Shown: positions 19,205-29,425, counted from the stretch's first letter. The stretch is DNA of 59,042 nucleotides from Candidatus Beckwithbacteria bacterium CG10_big_fil_rev_8_21_14_0_10_34_10 (GCA_002773945.1 PEZT01000001.1:71565-130606), one strand, 5' to 3'. Program-made: numbers and translations. The notes: generated by a model from the sequence alone, not told the origin.

Positions 19205-19333
19205 ATGAAAAAGAAATTTAAATTAACTAGAAAAAGGAAGATAAAGCTTGTTTGGACTGTAATAATAATTTTAGTGACTTTATCTTTAATTATTAGCTCC
19301 ATGCTGCCAGCCATATCTATGTTATTTTCTTAA
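19205..19333 (+). CDS. 42-aa basic, single-TM microprotein (DUF4044/Prli42-like architecture)
   Basis: Read by hand: MKKKFKLTRKRKIKLVWTVIIILVTLSLIISSMLPAISMLFS*. Confidence 0.55.
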   Translation: MKKKFKLTRKRKIKLVWTVIIILVTLSLIISSMLPAISMLFS

Positions 19334-19378
19334 AGCTAAACCCTTGTTAATATTTATCTTTTTAAAAAGGGTAAATAG

Positions 19379-21427
19379 ATGAAATACAAAAAATTAAACC
19401 TTAAAACTCCAGTTGAAGATCTATATATGGTGGGTGAGGCTTATGCTCAGAGATTAAAACGACTAGGAATTAATAATGTTTGGGATTTTTTATATCACTT
19501 TCCTTTTCGTTACAATGACTATTCATTAGTTAGTCCAATTGCATCTTTACAAAGAGGGGAAACAGTGACTCTTAAGGGAACCATTGTAACTTGCCAAAAT
19601 AGCTACACTAAGTCTGGTAAAAGAATCCAAAAAGCAGTTTTAAAAGATTCTTCAGGCCAAATTGAAGCTATCTGGTTTAACCAGCCTTTTATAGTTAACA
19701 TTCTTAGACCAGGCGTGGAAATATTTTTAGCTGGTAAAGTTGACTATTTTGGATCCCGTCTAACCTTTGTTTCTCCAGAATATGAATTATTAAAAGCTAA
19801 AGGTTCACCCTTGCATGCCGGCCGCTTAGTGCCAGTATATAGAGAAACAGCTAAGCTTAGTTCTAAGTGGCTTAGGTCTAGAATTTCTCCTTTAATAAAA
19901 CTTTCTATTCCTGACTTTTTACCTGAAGGGGTGAGAAAAAAGGAGAATTTAATTGATTTAAGCAGAGCTTTAAAACAAATCCATTTTCCCCAAAATAGGG
20001 AAGAAATATTATCTGCCAGAAAAAGGCTTTCATTTGATGAGCTTTTTTTAGTTCAATTAAATGTGGCCCAAAGAAAGAAAAAATGGCAACATAATCAACT
20101 AACCTATCCTTTAAAAGGATATTATAAGGAAATAAAGGGTTTTATTAGTGCTTTACCTTTTAAATTAACGACGGCTCAAAATAGAGTGGTTAAAGAAATT
20201 CTTAGTGATCTTAGGAAGGAAAAACCAATGAACCGCTTATTGGAGGGAGACGTAGGATCAGGTAAAACAGTGGTCGCTGCCATTGGAGTTTATCTTTGTT
20301 TTTTAAATGGCTGGCAGGCAATTCTAATGGCTCCCACGGAAATACTGGCTCAGCAACATCTTAAAACTTTAAAAAGTTTATTTAAAGACAAAGTCTTTAG
20401 GGGAAGAAAACTTAGAATAGGTTTTCAAAGCGGAAGAAAGAAGAAAATTCCTAGAGGTGATCAGTTTGACCTTTTAATTGGCACTCATGCCTTAATCTAC
20501 GAGTCTAAAGTTTTAAAAAAGCTTTCTTTAGCCATTATTGATGAACAACACCGCTTTGGAGTCGAACAAAGAACTAAATTAATTAAGAGGGGACTAACTC
20601 CTCATATTTTAACCATGACTGCCACCCCAATTCCTAGAACAATTGCTTTAACTTTATATGGTGATTTAAAGCTATCAGTAATTGATGAAATGCCGCCTCA
20701 GCGTAAAAAAGTTAAGACTTGGGTAGTGCCAGTAGAAAAAAGAATGGACGCGTATATTTGGATTGAAAAACTTCTTAAAAAAGAAAAGGCTCAAGCTTTT
20801 ATTGTTTGTCCTTTAATAGATGAGTCAGAAAGCGAAGTTCTAAAACTAGTTAAGTCAGTTAAGATCGAGTTTAAAAGACTATCAAAAGATGTTTTTCCAG
20901 ACTTAAAGTTAGGTTTACTCCATGGTCAATTAAAAGGGAATAAAAAAGACCAGATTATTAAAAAATTTAGTCAGGGAAAATTAGATATTTTGGTTTCCAC
21001 GCCGGTGGTTGAAGTCGGGATTGATATCCCCAGGGCAATTCTAATGGTAATTGAAGCTTCAGATCGATTTGGCTTAGCTCAACTTCATCAGTTAAGGGGC
21101 AGGGTGGGAAGGTCCAAAAAGCAGTCTTATTGTCTTCTTTTTGCCTCACAAAAGGATAAAGAAAGCTTAAAAAGACTTAATGCCATGCAAAAATATAATT
21201 CCGGATTTAAACTAGCGGAAATTGACCTTAAAATCAGAGGACCAGGGGAGGTTTATGGTTTAAAACAGCATGGTTTTGGCCAATTAAAAATTGCTTCTTT
21301 AATGGATATTGATACAATTAAAAAAGCTAAAGTTTGGGCCGAAAAACTTATTAATAGAATATCAAAGTATCCTACCTTGCAAAGAGAGTTAAAAAATTAT
21401 AAAATCAAATTTGTTGAATCTAATTAG
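19379..21427 (+). CDS. recG: ATP-dependent DNA helicase RecG
   Basis: MNRLLEGDVGSGKT, DEQHRFGV, MTATPIPRT, QLHQLRGRVGR. Confidence 0.97.
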   Translation: MKYKKLNLKTPVEDLYMVGEAYAQRLKRLGINNVWDFLYHFPFRYNDYSLVSPIASLQRGETVTLKGTIVTCQNSYTKSGKRIQKAVLKDSSGQIEAIWFNQPFIVNILRPGVEIFLAGKVDYFGSRLTFVSPEYELLKAKGSPLHAGRLVPVYRETAKLSSKWLRSRISPLIKLSIPDFLPEGVRKKENLIDLSRALKQIHFPQNREEILSARKRLSFDELFLVQLNVAQRKKKWQHNQLTYPLKGYYKEIKGFISALPFKLTTAQNRVVKEILSDLRKEKPMNRLLEGDVGSGKTVVAAIGVYLCFLNGWQAILMAPTEILAQQHLKTLKSLFKDKVFRGRKLRIGFQSGRKKKIPRGDQFDLLIGTHALIYESKVLKKLSLAIIDEQHRFGVEQRTKLIKRGLTPHILTMTATPIPRTIALTLYGDLKLSVIDEMPPQRKKVKTWVVPVEKRMDAYIWIEKLLKKEKAQAFIVCPLIDESESEVLKLVKSVKIEFKRLSKDVFPDLKLGLLHGQLKGNKKDQIIKKFSQGKLDILVSTPVVEVGIDIPRAILMVIEASDRFGLAQLHQLRGRVGRSKKQSYCLLFASQKDKESLKRLNAMQKYNSGFKLAEIDLKIRGPGEVYGLKQHGFGQLKIASLMDIDTIKKAKVWAEKLINRISKYPTLQRELKNYKIKFVESN

Positions 21428-21438
21428 AAAGTTATAAT

Positions 21439-21591
21439 ATGGGCGCTTTACCTAAAAGAAGAATCTCTACCAGAAGAAAAGGAAAAAGAAGGGCTAATAT
21501 AAAAGTTAAGCTTAAACTTTTAAGTTCATGTTCCCGTTGCGGTAATAAAAAGGTTTATCGCCAGGTTTGTCCTTCCTGTGGTCAAGAATGA
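21439..21591 (+). CDS. rpmF: 50S ribosomal protein L32 (not in ORF track)
   Basis: MGALPKRRISTRRKGKRRA...CSRCG...VCPSCG; ATGA overlap with nusB. Confidence 0.92.
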   Translation: MGALPKRRISTRRKGKRRANIKVKLKLLSSCSRCGNKKVYRQVCPSCGQE

Positions 21592-21959
21592 AAACTGCCA
21601 AAGATCCTAGACATAAAAAAAGAAAAGACATTATTAAAAAACTGTTCAGCTTCAGTTTTGATCAGCATATAACTTCAAGCGAGGATCCTTTAATTAAGCC
21701 TATTTTAAAAAGCCTTAAACAAATTGATCCCTTAATTGCAAAGTCAGCCCCTGAATGGCCGGTTAACAAGTTAAACAAGGTGGACTTAGCCGTTCTCCGA
21801 TTAGCTATTTTTGAGCTCCTGCAAAAAAAAACGCCAGAAAAAGTAATTATTGATGAAGCAATTGAACTAGCTAAAGAATTTGGGGCCGACAGTTCACCTA
21901 GATTTGTTAACGGTGTCTTAGGAACAGTTTTATTAAAAATTAAAGGAAAAAATGAGTAA
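21588..21959 (+). CDS. nusB: Transcription antitermination factor NusB
   Basis: VDLAVLRLAIFEL, IDEAIELAKEFG, FVNGVL; start at MKTAKDPRH. Confidence 0.93.
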   Translation: MKTAKDPRHKKRKDIIKKLFSFSFDQHITSSEDPLIKPILKSLKQIDPLIAKSAPEWPVNKLNKVDLAVLRLAIFELLQKKTPEKVIIDEAIELAKEFGADSSPRFVNGVLGTVLLKIKGKNE

Positions 21960-22200
21960 AGATAGTTTTAAAATTAAAGTTATTGATTTAATTGGAGAAA
22001 TATTAGAAATTGAAAAAGAAGAAATTGAAGAAGATGCAGATTTTTTTATTGACTTTAATCTATCTTCCTTAGAAATGACTGACTTAGTCCTAAGGTTAAA
22101 TCAAGCTTTAAAAATTAACCTACCCCAAGAAGAGGTGGAAAAAATAAAAACAGTTGGTGATTTACTGAATCTTATTGAAGTTCAATCAGATGAAATCTAA
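21952..22200 (+). CDS. acpP: Acyl carrier protein-like
   Basis: Acidic 82 aa; DFNLSSLE in place of DLGxDSLD; IKTVGDL; upstream of rnc. Confidence 0.8.
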   Translation: MSKDSFKIKVIDLIGEILEIEKEEIEEDADFFIDFNLSSLEMTDLVLRLNQALKINLPQEEVEKIKTVGDLLNLIEVQSDEI

Positions 22201-22882
22201 ATTCGTTAAACTAAATCTTAAAAAATTATTTAAAAATAAAGACATTTTGGAACTGGCTTTAACCCACCGGTCTTACCTTAATGAACATAAAGGAGAAAAG
22301 TTAGCCTCCAATGAGAGATTAGAGTTTTTGGGCGATGCGGTTCTGGAATTAATTGTTTCTTCATATTTGTACCAAAAGTACCCTCACTTACCTGAGGGTA
22401 AACTAACATCAATGAGAGCCAGACTAGTTCAAACTAAAACTCTGGGATTAGCCGCTCAGAAACTTAAATTAGGATCTGCTTTAAAACTATCCCGCGGGGA
22501 GAAGGAATCTGGCGGAGAAAACAATCCTTCAATTATGGCTAATACTTTTGAAGCTGTTATTGGCGGCATTTATCAAGATTCTGGTTTTGAAAAGGCTTGT
22601 AACTTTGTCCAAAAGAATCTTTTAGACCCCTCAGAAAACCTGTTCTCCAATAAAATTCCCTTAGACCATAAAAGTAGTTTTCAAGAACTAGTTCAGGCTA
22701 AGGGTTTAAAAACTCCCGAATACGTCTTGGTTTCTGAAAAAGGACCTGATCATAAAAAAGTATTTATGTCAGCTGTTTTAATCAACAACAAAAGGGTTGC
22801 CCTAGGACAAGGATACTCAAAACAGGAAGCTGAACAAGAAGCAGCCAGGCTTGCTTGCCAAAAATTTGGGAAAAAGACATAA
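22190..22882 (+). CDS. rnc: Ribonuclease III
   Basis: ALTHRS, NERLEFLGDAVL, C-terminal dsRBD (GPDHKK, SKQEAEQEAA). Confidence 0.96.
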   Translation: MKSKFVKLNLKKLFKNKDILELALTHRSYLNEHKGEKLASNERLEFLGDAVLELIVSSYLYQKYPHLPEGKLTSMRARLVQTKTLGLAAQKLKLGSALKLSRGEKESGGENNPSIMANTFEAVIGGIYQDSGFEKACNFVQKNLLDPSENLFSNKIPLDHKSSFQELVQAKGLKTPEYVLVSEKGPDHKKVFMSAVLINNKRVALGQGYSKQEAEQEAARLACQKFGKKT

Positions 22883-22924
22883 TTTCTGGTAAAATACATT
22901 GTTTGTAAAGAAAGGAATAATTTT

Positions 22925-23179
22925 ATGTTAAAAGTTAAGTTAAGACGACAGGGTAAAAGACACCAGCCCTATTATCGGATTATTATTGCTGAAGCAAAAT
23001 CTAAAAGGGATGGTAAATATATTGAATCTTTAGGCACTTATTATCCTTTAGGAGAAAAAAAGGTTTTTGCTTTAAACCAGAAAAAGTATCAGTCCTGGAT
23101 AAAAAAAGGAGCCCAGCCAACCGAAACAGTAAAAAAGTTAGTTGAAAGATACTCAATAAAAAAAGACCCGATTATATAA
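22925..23179 (+). CDS. rpsP: 30S ribosomal protein S16
   Basis: PYYRIIIA, RDGKYIE, GAQPTETV. Confidence 0.96.
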   Translation: MLKVKLRRQGKRHQPYYRIIIAEAKSKRDGKYIESLGTYYPLGEKKVFALNQKKYQSWIKKGAQPTETVKKLVERYSIKKDPII

Positions 23180-23206
23180 AGACTTAAAGAAAAGAGGTTA
23201 ATTTTA

Positions 23207-23458
23207 GTGAAAACCCTAATTACTTTTATTATTACTGCAATAATTGATAAGCCTAAAGAATTTAAATTAAAAGAAGAAACCACTGAGTCAGGTTTTAAAA
23301 ACTATCTTATTAGTGTTGCTGAAGAAGACATGGGAAAAGTAATTGGAAAAAGAGGCCAAATTATTAAAGCAATTAGGACCTTAGTTAGAACCAAAGCTAT
23401 TAAAGAAAATAAAAAAGTTATTCTTACCCTGGAAGAAAAAGATAATCCACCTGCTTAA
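23207..23458 (+). CDS. khpA: KH-domain RNA-binding protein
   Basis: DMGKVIGKRGQIIKAIRT; follows rpsP. Confidence 0.9.
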   Translation: MKTLITFIITAIIDKPKEFKLKEETTESGFKNYLISVAEEDMGKVIGKRGQIIKAIRTLVRTKAIKENKKVILTLEEKDNPPA

Positions 23459-23510
23459 TCACTTCTTTTTCCTATTTACTATATAAACTAAATCAGGTAA
23501 AATACTAAAA

Positions 23511-23729
23511 ATGAGTGAAAATGAAAAACAGTTACCTGATGAAATATATGGAATACCCATAGAGACTTGGTATAGTCTTTCTGAAAAGCAAAGAACGGGG
23601 ATAGTTACAATTGCAGTTTTAGGAAATCCTTTATTACTTTTAGAAAATGGGTTGCTAGAAATTCTTGCGAAAGGCAATTTCACTAAGCCTGAATTTACTA
23701 TGTACACCAATATACCCGAAGAACAATAA
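23511..23729 (+). CDS. Hypothetical 72-aa protein
   Basis: TAAAAT 7 nt before the ATG; fills an intergenic gap. Confidence 0.5.
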   Translation: MSENEKQLPDEIYGIPIETWYSLSEKQRTGIVTIAVLGNPLLLLENGLLEILAKGNFTKPEFTMYTNIPEEQ

Positions 23730-23824
23730 TCTTCTATTTAAATTTCCAAAGTACTAGAAAAATTATTTAAATTAGCATTTATCTTTATTTTTTAACAGGA
23801 ATTCTTCAGAAGAAAAATTTTATC

Positions 23825-24562
23825 TTAAGGAAGACTAAAAAAGTCTTGTTTACCCACCGGTGAAGAAGCAGTAATTTCTTCTACGGTCCGATAAAGACTA
23901 ATTTCATCCAAGATTTCTCTTTCTTGAGCACTTAAAAGGGGGACTGGTTGAGTTATTGGACCTAAAGTAGCAGGCGGGGATTGATAATAAACAGTCACCG
24001 TTAGGCTGGTGTTTAAGTTTGCTCCTAAACTAAGACTCAAACTTTCAATTTTCATTAAAGGCCCTGTCTGCTCCAGCTTTTTAATAAAAGAGTTAATCGC
24101 TTCTGACTTACCAATTATTTCAAACTGAATTTCAAACTGACTAAGGGCTTTTCCCTTTTCTTCTTCTTCTGTTTCCACTCTTTTTACTTCTACCTGGCCC
24201 TTGTTATCTATTTGACCAGGATTAAGTTCAATTCCGCCAAACCTCACCCCTTCCTGCCGGGAAAGACTAAGTAAAGAGGCTAGAAGATTTAAAACTGGCT
24301 TTTCTGAGGGAAAGACTTTCTCCAACTGAAGAACTCTATCACTGACTTCAGTCTCATCTAAACTTTTTAACGTCTGGCTTTTCTTTTCTAATTGGCTTAA
24401 TTCATTCCGAGCTTCTTTATTCATCTTGAATAGTTTTTTAACACTCATAAAAGAGGTTCTGAAAACTGTCATAGTTAAAACAATTACAGTTAGAACCGCA
24501 AATGTAGGAGCGAGGTTTTTTCTTAATTTGTCAGGGTTTTTAATTTCTTCCAATAACTTCAT
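23825..24562 (-). CDS. pilO: Type IV pilus assembly PilO-like protein
   Basis: TM plus coiled coil plus ferredoxin-like C-terminus; pilM-N-O order. Confidence 0.7.
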   Translation of the reverse strand: MKLLEEIKNPDKLRKNLAPTFAVLTVIVLTMTVFRTSFMSVKKLFKMNKEARNELSQLEKKSQTLKSLDETEVSDRVLQLEKVFPSEKPVLNLLASLLSLSRQEGVRFGGIELNPGQIDNKGQVEVKRVETEEEEKGKALSQFEIQFEIIGKSEAINSFIKKLEQTGPLMKIESLSLSLGANLNTSLTVTVYYQSPPATLGPITQPVPLLSAQEREILDEISLYRTVEEITASSPVGKQDFFSLP

Positions 24563-25116
24563 TGTTTTTCACCTAAATAAAAAAGAATAGTAGCAGAAAA
24601 ACTATAACCATCTCCAAAACCATAGTTAATATTATTAATATTTGATTCTTTAATTGCCAAAGGTAAATCTTCAACCTCATCGCTTAAAACAGCTAAAAAA
24701 TGCTTTAAGGTATAAAAACTCTGGCAGTGGCCGGAAAAACTAATCCGGCCTTGTTCATCAATATTAAAGTTACTAACCGAAATACCTTCTGGTAAAAGAG
24801 AAATAAAAGTTTCCACAATTTCCTGATTTTGTCTTTTAGAACTTAATATTTGAGCCAAAGATTGAGTTTTGTGGCTTAAATATACTTGTTTGGTTTCAAT
24901 TGATTTTAATTCTTCTATCGCTGCTTTTTCTTTAATAATCTTTTCTCCCAGAACTTTACTCTGTCTTTTCATTAATAAATTGTAGGAAAAAAGAGATAGA
25001 ACTAGTAAGCCATAAATTCCCAAGGCACCAAAAGACCAAATTCTAATAATTAAGAGTCGCTTTTCTTTTTTAGCTAAAGCGTCTAAGCGGTCTTTTAAAA
25101 AGTTTATTTCCTTCAT
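24559..25116 (-). CDS. pilN: Type IV pilus assembly PilN-like protein
   Basis: EINFL N-terminal motif, TM helix, LPEGISV. Confidence 0.75.
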   Translation of the reverse strand: MKEINFLKDRLDALAKKEKRLLIIRIWSFGALGIYGLLVLSLFSYNLLMKRQSKVLGEKIIKEKAAIEELKSIETKQVYLSHKTQSLAQILSSKRQNQEIVETFISLLPEGISVSNFNIDEQGRISFSGHCQSFYTLKHFLAVLSDEVEDLPLAIKESNINNINYGFGDGYSFSATILFYLGEKQ

Positions 25117-26135
25117 TCTTCTGCTTCTCTTAATGAAAGACCAACAGCAGTGGCAAATTTAGGGTGGTGAGTGATCTTTTTTAAAGCGCCATCTTCAATA
25201 TAGCCTTTAAAAGGGTTAAAAGTCACTATTTCTAAACCTAAACTTCGGGCTAAATATTGGTCTAATCCGGGCATTAGAGCCCCGCCGCCCGAAAGAATAA
25301 GAGTATTAATTTCTACTCCCTTTTCTCGTTGGAGGAAAAAGTTAAGGCCTTTTTTTATTTCTGACAAAATAACCCCGAAAATCGGAATAATAGTTTTAGC
25401 TACTTTACCTTCTAGGACAGTTGGCAGTAAACCATAGTTAATTTTATATTGTTCTGCCTGAAGAACTTCCATATTTAACTCTTGGGCCACCGCTCTGGTT
25501 AAAGCTTCTCCGGCAGTATTTAAACTCCGGGTTAATTTTAATTTTTGATTAACTAAAATAAAAATGTTGGTACTCATGTGCCCCAAATCTAAAACAATTG
25601 AATTAGCTTCAAATAAACTATTAATTGATCTTGTTAAACTAAGAATTTCTGTTTCTAAAGCCACTGGGGTGATTTCCGCTAATTCAGCCACCTCTGCTAT
25701 CTTGTCAATGGCGTGTTTTTGGGCGGCCACCAGTAAGACTTCCATTCTTTTTCCTTGAGCCCCTTGAATTGATTCAGATAAAACTATATATTCTAATTTA
25801 ACTTCATCTAAAGGAACAGGGATATACTGTTCGGCTTCAAAACTTATGGCTGAAGCCAATTCAGTCTCAGATAAATAGGGGAGATTAATCACTTGAGAGT
25901 AAATCATTGATTCTGATAAGGAAAGATTAACCTTTTTAACATTAATCCCCGTATCTTTAAGGAGTTTTTTAATGGCTGAAGCTAAAGCCCTTTTATCTAC
26001 TTCTGACTGAGAATTTAAACTAACTGGAGTTTTAATTTCACCCAGAGCAATCAGCTTGTTTTGAGCCCCTCTTTTCTCTGATTGAACCGCTTTAATAGTA
26101 TCTGAACCTATATCTAGGCCAAAATGGACAGGCAT
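25113..26135 (-). CDS. pilM: Type IV pilus assembly protein PilM
   Basis: GLDIGS, EAEQYIP, LDLG, LSGGGA, AVGLSLR (actin-like fold). Confidence 0.93.
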   Translation of the reverse strand: MPVHFGLDIGSDTIKAVQSEKRGAQNKLIALGEIKTPVSLNSQSEVDKRALASAIKKLLKDTGINVKKVNLSLSESMIYSQVINLPYLSETELASAISFEAEQYIPVPLDEVKLEYIVLSESIQGAQGKRMEVLLVAAQKHAIDKIAEVAELAEITPVALETEILSLTRSINSLFEANSIVLDLGHMSTNIFILVNQKLKLTRSLNTAGEALTRAVAQELNMEVLQAEQYKINYGLLPTVLEGKVAKTIIPIFGVILSEIKKGLNFFLQREKGVEINTLILSGGGALMPGLDQYLARSLGLEIVTFNPFKGYIEDGALKKITHHPKFATAVGLSLREAEE

Positions 26136-26138
26136 TAA

Positions 26139-26864
26139 TTATTCAATCCCTCCTTTAGAAAACAAAACATAGTCAAAAACCGGAGGCAAAGCTTCTATAC
26201 TCTTAGTAACCTGAATAGCACTGCTTTTCCCTTTTTCTTGACCAATAGTAGCTCGAGATTCTATTTCATATTGTTGAACAGCTAGATCTATACCACCAGA
26301 ACCAATAATAGTTACATCAGTAGGACTACACAAAGCTCTTATTCTCAAGAGGATATTATTAGGCGCAACTCCAATAGAATAGCTATTGCTTGGTACGTCA
26401 GTAAAATTTTCAGCACAAGTAGCTACACTGGGAGACCTTATTGCCCAGCGCTGAGTGGAGATTGCTCCAGCATTATCAATATAAAGAATTAACTCTAAAG
26501 CGGCATTTGTTGACCAGCTAATATCAAGAGTTCCAATTCCAGACAAACCACTAAGGTTAATATTAATAAATTCATTTTGGTCAATCATTTTATTGGTTAT
26601 TTCATTCAGGCCTACTACTTCTACAGTCACCCCTTCCAGATCAGGCAGGCTATCTGCTGGAATCCAAGTTCCTAAATCTGATTGTCTTAAAGCTTCTTCA
26701 ATCCCTGCTTCAGCTGCAGAAAAAGCCCTTTTAGCCTCTTCTTCATCTTTAGAAACAGAAACATCAGTCACTGAATGGGAAATAAGATAAAGCCCAATAG
26801 TTAAAACCACCACCATTATTAAAAGAACAATTAAAGCAATCTGGCCTGATTTACCATTTTTCAT
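26139..26864 (-). CDS. PilX-like minor pilin
   Basis: SG/QIALIVLLIM class III-like signal lacking E5; AFSAAEAGIEEAL. Confidence 0.78.
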   Translation of the reverse strand: MKNGKSGQIALIVLLIMVVVLTIGLYLISHSVTDVSVSKDEEEAKRAFSAAEAGIEEALRQSDLGTWIPADSLPDLEGVTVEVVGLNEITNKMIDQNEFININLSGLSGIGTLDISWSTNAALELILYIDNAGAISTQRWAIRSPSVATCAENFTDVPSNSYSIGVAPNNILLRIRALCSPTDVTIIGSGGIDLAVQQYEIESRATIGQEKGKSSAIQVTKSIEALPPVFDYVLFSKGGIE

Positions 26865-26918
26865 CTTAAATTTAATTATTACATTTAAAAGAGAATAATT
26901 GCAAGTCAAATAGAAAAA

Positions 26919-27452
26919 TTAATAGTTTCTTAAGGAAACACTGGTACTGAAGTTTAATTCTGATGATCCAGTTTTATCATTGACTGGATCACCGACGCCC
27001 AGGGTAAACTTAATTGTAACTATTTCTGGTTCTAAATCCTGACAAGAAAAAAAGCAGTCAGAAACTAATAATCTGTCGTCAGAAATAACTTGAGGAGTAG
27101 ACAAAACATCATGAATTAATTGCCCATTAGCACAGGCAAAAGTTTCTAAAGAGGCATCGCTGTTAACAATCGTAATACTGCTGTTATCAGTAAAAGGACA
27201 ACCTGAAATAGAAGCCGCTAACCTGCCTTTCTGGGAAATTAAATTAATTATTTGATCTCCGTTTTGTTTAACTAATAGAAGGGCTTTAGTTTTTCGATTA
27301 CTTCTAACAATGGAGATAAAAAGGCCGGTACTAGAAACAGTCACTAAAATAATGATTGAAACTACCACTAAAACTTCTATTAAAGTAAAGGCTGTTTTTG
27401 TTTTAATAAACTTTTTAATTGAGTTTTGTATTTTCATTTCTATTTTGACCAT
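26919..27452 (-). CDS. Minor pilin (PilW-like)
   Basis: AFTLIEVLVV; C-terminal TSVSLRNY. Confidence 0.8.
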   Translation of the reverse strand: MVKIEMKIQNSIKKFIKTKTAFTLIEVLVVVSIIILVTVSSTGLFISIVRSNRKTKALLLVKQNGDQIINLISQKGRLAASISGCPFTDNSSITIVNSDASLETFACANGQLIHDVLSTPQVISDDRLLVSDCFFSCQDLEPEIVTIKFTLGVGDPVNDKTGSSELNFSTSVSLRNY

Positions 27453-27952
27453 TTAGTCAAATATGTTGTTACTTCAGCCTGACGGCAGTATTCTCCTGGA
27501 TCACAATTATCATCAGTCCAGTAAACAGTGGCAGTAATTTTAGCTCTGTCTTCTATAGTAGGATCAGGATCAACTTCAAAATTAACGCATCTAAGAAACC
27601 GGCTATAAATATTACCAAGGCTATCAGTATTATCAATATTAGAAGTGACAGGCGGACTAGTTGGGTCTTTACATGGTGCCGGATCACTCCAGGTGTTGTC
27701 TTTTGCCAATCCCCAGTTATTACCAATAAAATCAGTTTCAAATTCCTCCCAAGTTCGACTATCTCTTTCTTTTCTGGCAAATTCTATCCCTTCTTGAGCA
27801 TACTGAGATCCTAAAATTAAATTTTGAGAAAGCCTCACATTTCTAATGGCCATAACTGCTCCGCTGGCTAGAGTAATTAAAACTACTAAAACCACTGTTA
27901 AGGCAAACAAAGCCTCAATCATCATTTGACCAGATTTATTTGATTTAATCAT
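27440..27952 (-). CDS. Minor pilin (PilV-like)
   Basis: SGQMMIEALFAL; AQEGIE. Confidence 0.78.
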   Translation of the reverse strand: MIKSNKSGQMMIEALFALTVVLVVLITLASGAVMAIRNVRLSQNLILGSQYAQEGIEFARKERDSRTWEEFETDFIGNNWGLAKDNTWSDPAPCKDPTSPPVTSNIDNTDSLGNIYSRFLRCVNFEVDPDPTIEDRAKITATVYWTDDNCDPGEYCRQAEVTTYLTKWSK

Positions 27953-27969
27953 TTTAATTGGTGTTTATT

Positions 27970-28524
27970 TTATGATCTTTTAATTAAACCACTACTCCTA
28001 ATTTGTAAAGATGAGCTATCAGCTGGATTAGAGCCATTAATAGTAATAGTCGCCGCAGTAACTGTCCCACCTAGAGTTTGAAACTCAACTGGGTCAGGGA
28101 TACTAACAATTGTTACTGAAGCAGGAATTTCACTGCTAAATGATTTTATATTATCTGTCTGATCAATTCCACCACAACGCCAATAAATTGTCCGATTATT
28201 TATATTCACAATCCAAGCGTCTAAACCATTAACTTCCGGACTATCATCAGCTGTATCACAAAGAAGATCAGTGCCCCCACACAAAGAATCAGTACAATCC
28301 TTAACATTGTTATTGGCATTAGCTGACGCCTGATGGAGATAGTTTGTAAGTACCTCAACTACTTTTTCCACCTCTCTTTTTTCATTAAAACGTTTGTAAT
28401 AATTTGTTCCAATAGTAAAAACAACTGCCATTAAGCTAATCACTACTAAAATTTCTACTAAAGAAAAGCCGGCTGAACCTATTAAAAATAAAGGTATTCT
28501 TTTTCTAAAGAAGGTAACTTTCAT
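27970..28524 (-). CDS. Minor pilin (FimT/GspH-like)
   Basis: GFSLVEILVV. Confidence 0.8.
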   Translation of the reverse strand: MKVTFFRKRIPLFLIGSAGFSLVEILVVISLMAVVFTIGTNYYKRFNEKREVEKVVEVLTNYLHQASANANNNVKDCTDSLCGGTDLLCDTADDSPEVNGLDAWIVNINNRTIYWRCGGIDQTDNIKSFSSEIPASVTIVSIPDPVEFQTLGGTVTAATITINGSNPADSSSLQIRSSGLIKRS

Positions 28525-28964
28525 GGGCTTGAAATTTCATAATTACAGCTTGCTCCTGCGACAGTATCACAATTTCCAGGCGAACAATCACATTCATTTA
28601 CAGTAGCACTTGATTCTACATGGGCACAAATACAATAAGAATAAACATTAGTACTAGTATACTCATAGTTATATTCGCTTGGCTTTGGATCAGCTGGCGT
28701 TGTTTTAAGGTAGTTAGCAGTAATTAAGTTATTAATCATAGCAGCATAAGTAACCCCGCTAGGATAGCTCCCAACATCAACTCGGTACATTTCTAAAGCC
28801 GATCTAACTGTTTCTAAGTCAGCTTTTCTTTTACCGTCTCTAGACTTTTTTTGAGCTGAAGCATAAGAATTAACGGCAATAGCGGTTAAAATAGCAATAA
28901 TTGTAGTCGCCACTAAAACCTCTATTAAGGTAAAAGCCTTTTTTGTCTTATTTAGTGTTTTCAT
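28521..28964 (-). CDS. Pilin, GspG-like
   Basis: AFTLIEVLV, SRDGKRKADL, ALEMY, YP, DP. Confidence 0.88.
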   Translation of the reverse strand: MKTLNKTKKAFTLIEVLVATTIIAILTAIAVNSYASAQKKSRDGKRKADLETVRSALEMYRVDVGSYPSGVTYAAMINNLITANYLKTTPADPKPSEYNYEYTSTNVYSYCICAHVESSATVNECDCSPGNCDTVAGASCNYEISSP

Positions 28965-28965
28965 T

Positions 28966-29376
28966 TTATTCCTGTAATTGCATCACACAAATATCATCAA
29001 TATCTCCATCAGCATCACTAGCCCCCCTACCATCTTGCGCGAGATCAGCACAAATTGTGTAAGCTGAAGAACTATATGTGGTAGCATTATATACACTTCC
29101 ATCTTTTGGATCAGTTGGAACAATACCACCGGAAATATAAGTAGCAAATTCTCCATCACCATAAGTTAATGAAGGATATGCTGTATTATCAGCATAATAT
29201 TGTTCTAAGGCATTTTGAATAGCTTTTAAATCACCTCTTCTTCGAGAATCTCTGGCTTTTTTTTGAGCACTAGAATAAGCAACAGTCCCCACCGCAATTA
29301 GAATTCCAATAATAGAAATTGTCACTAGAAGTTCTATAAGAGTAAAGGCTATTTTTTTCTTTTTCTTTTGAACCAC
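28966..29376 (-). CDS. Pilin, GspG-like
   Basis: AFTLIELLV, ARDSRRRGDL, ALEQYY, PTDP. Confidence 0.88.
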   Translation of the reverse strand: MVQKKKKKIAFTLIELLVTISIIGILIAVGTVAYSSAQKKARDSRRRGDLKAIQNALEQYYADNTAYPSLTYGDGEFATYISGGIVPTDPKDGSVYNATTYSSSAYTICADLAQDGRGASDADGDIDDICVMQLQE

Positions 29377-29425
29377 TTTATACCTCCTGATTTAATTCTT
29401 TTTGAATTGATTATTAACTAATTAT

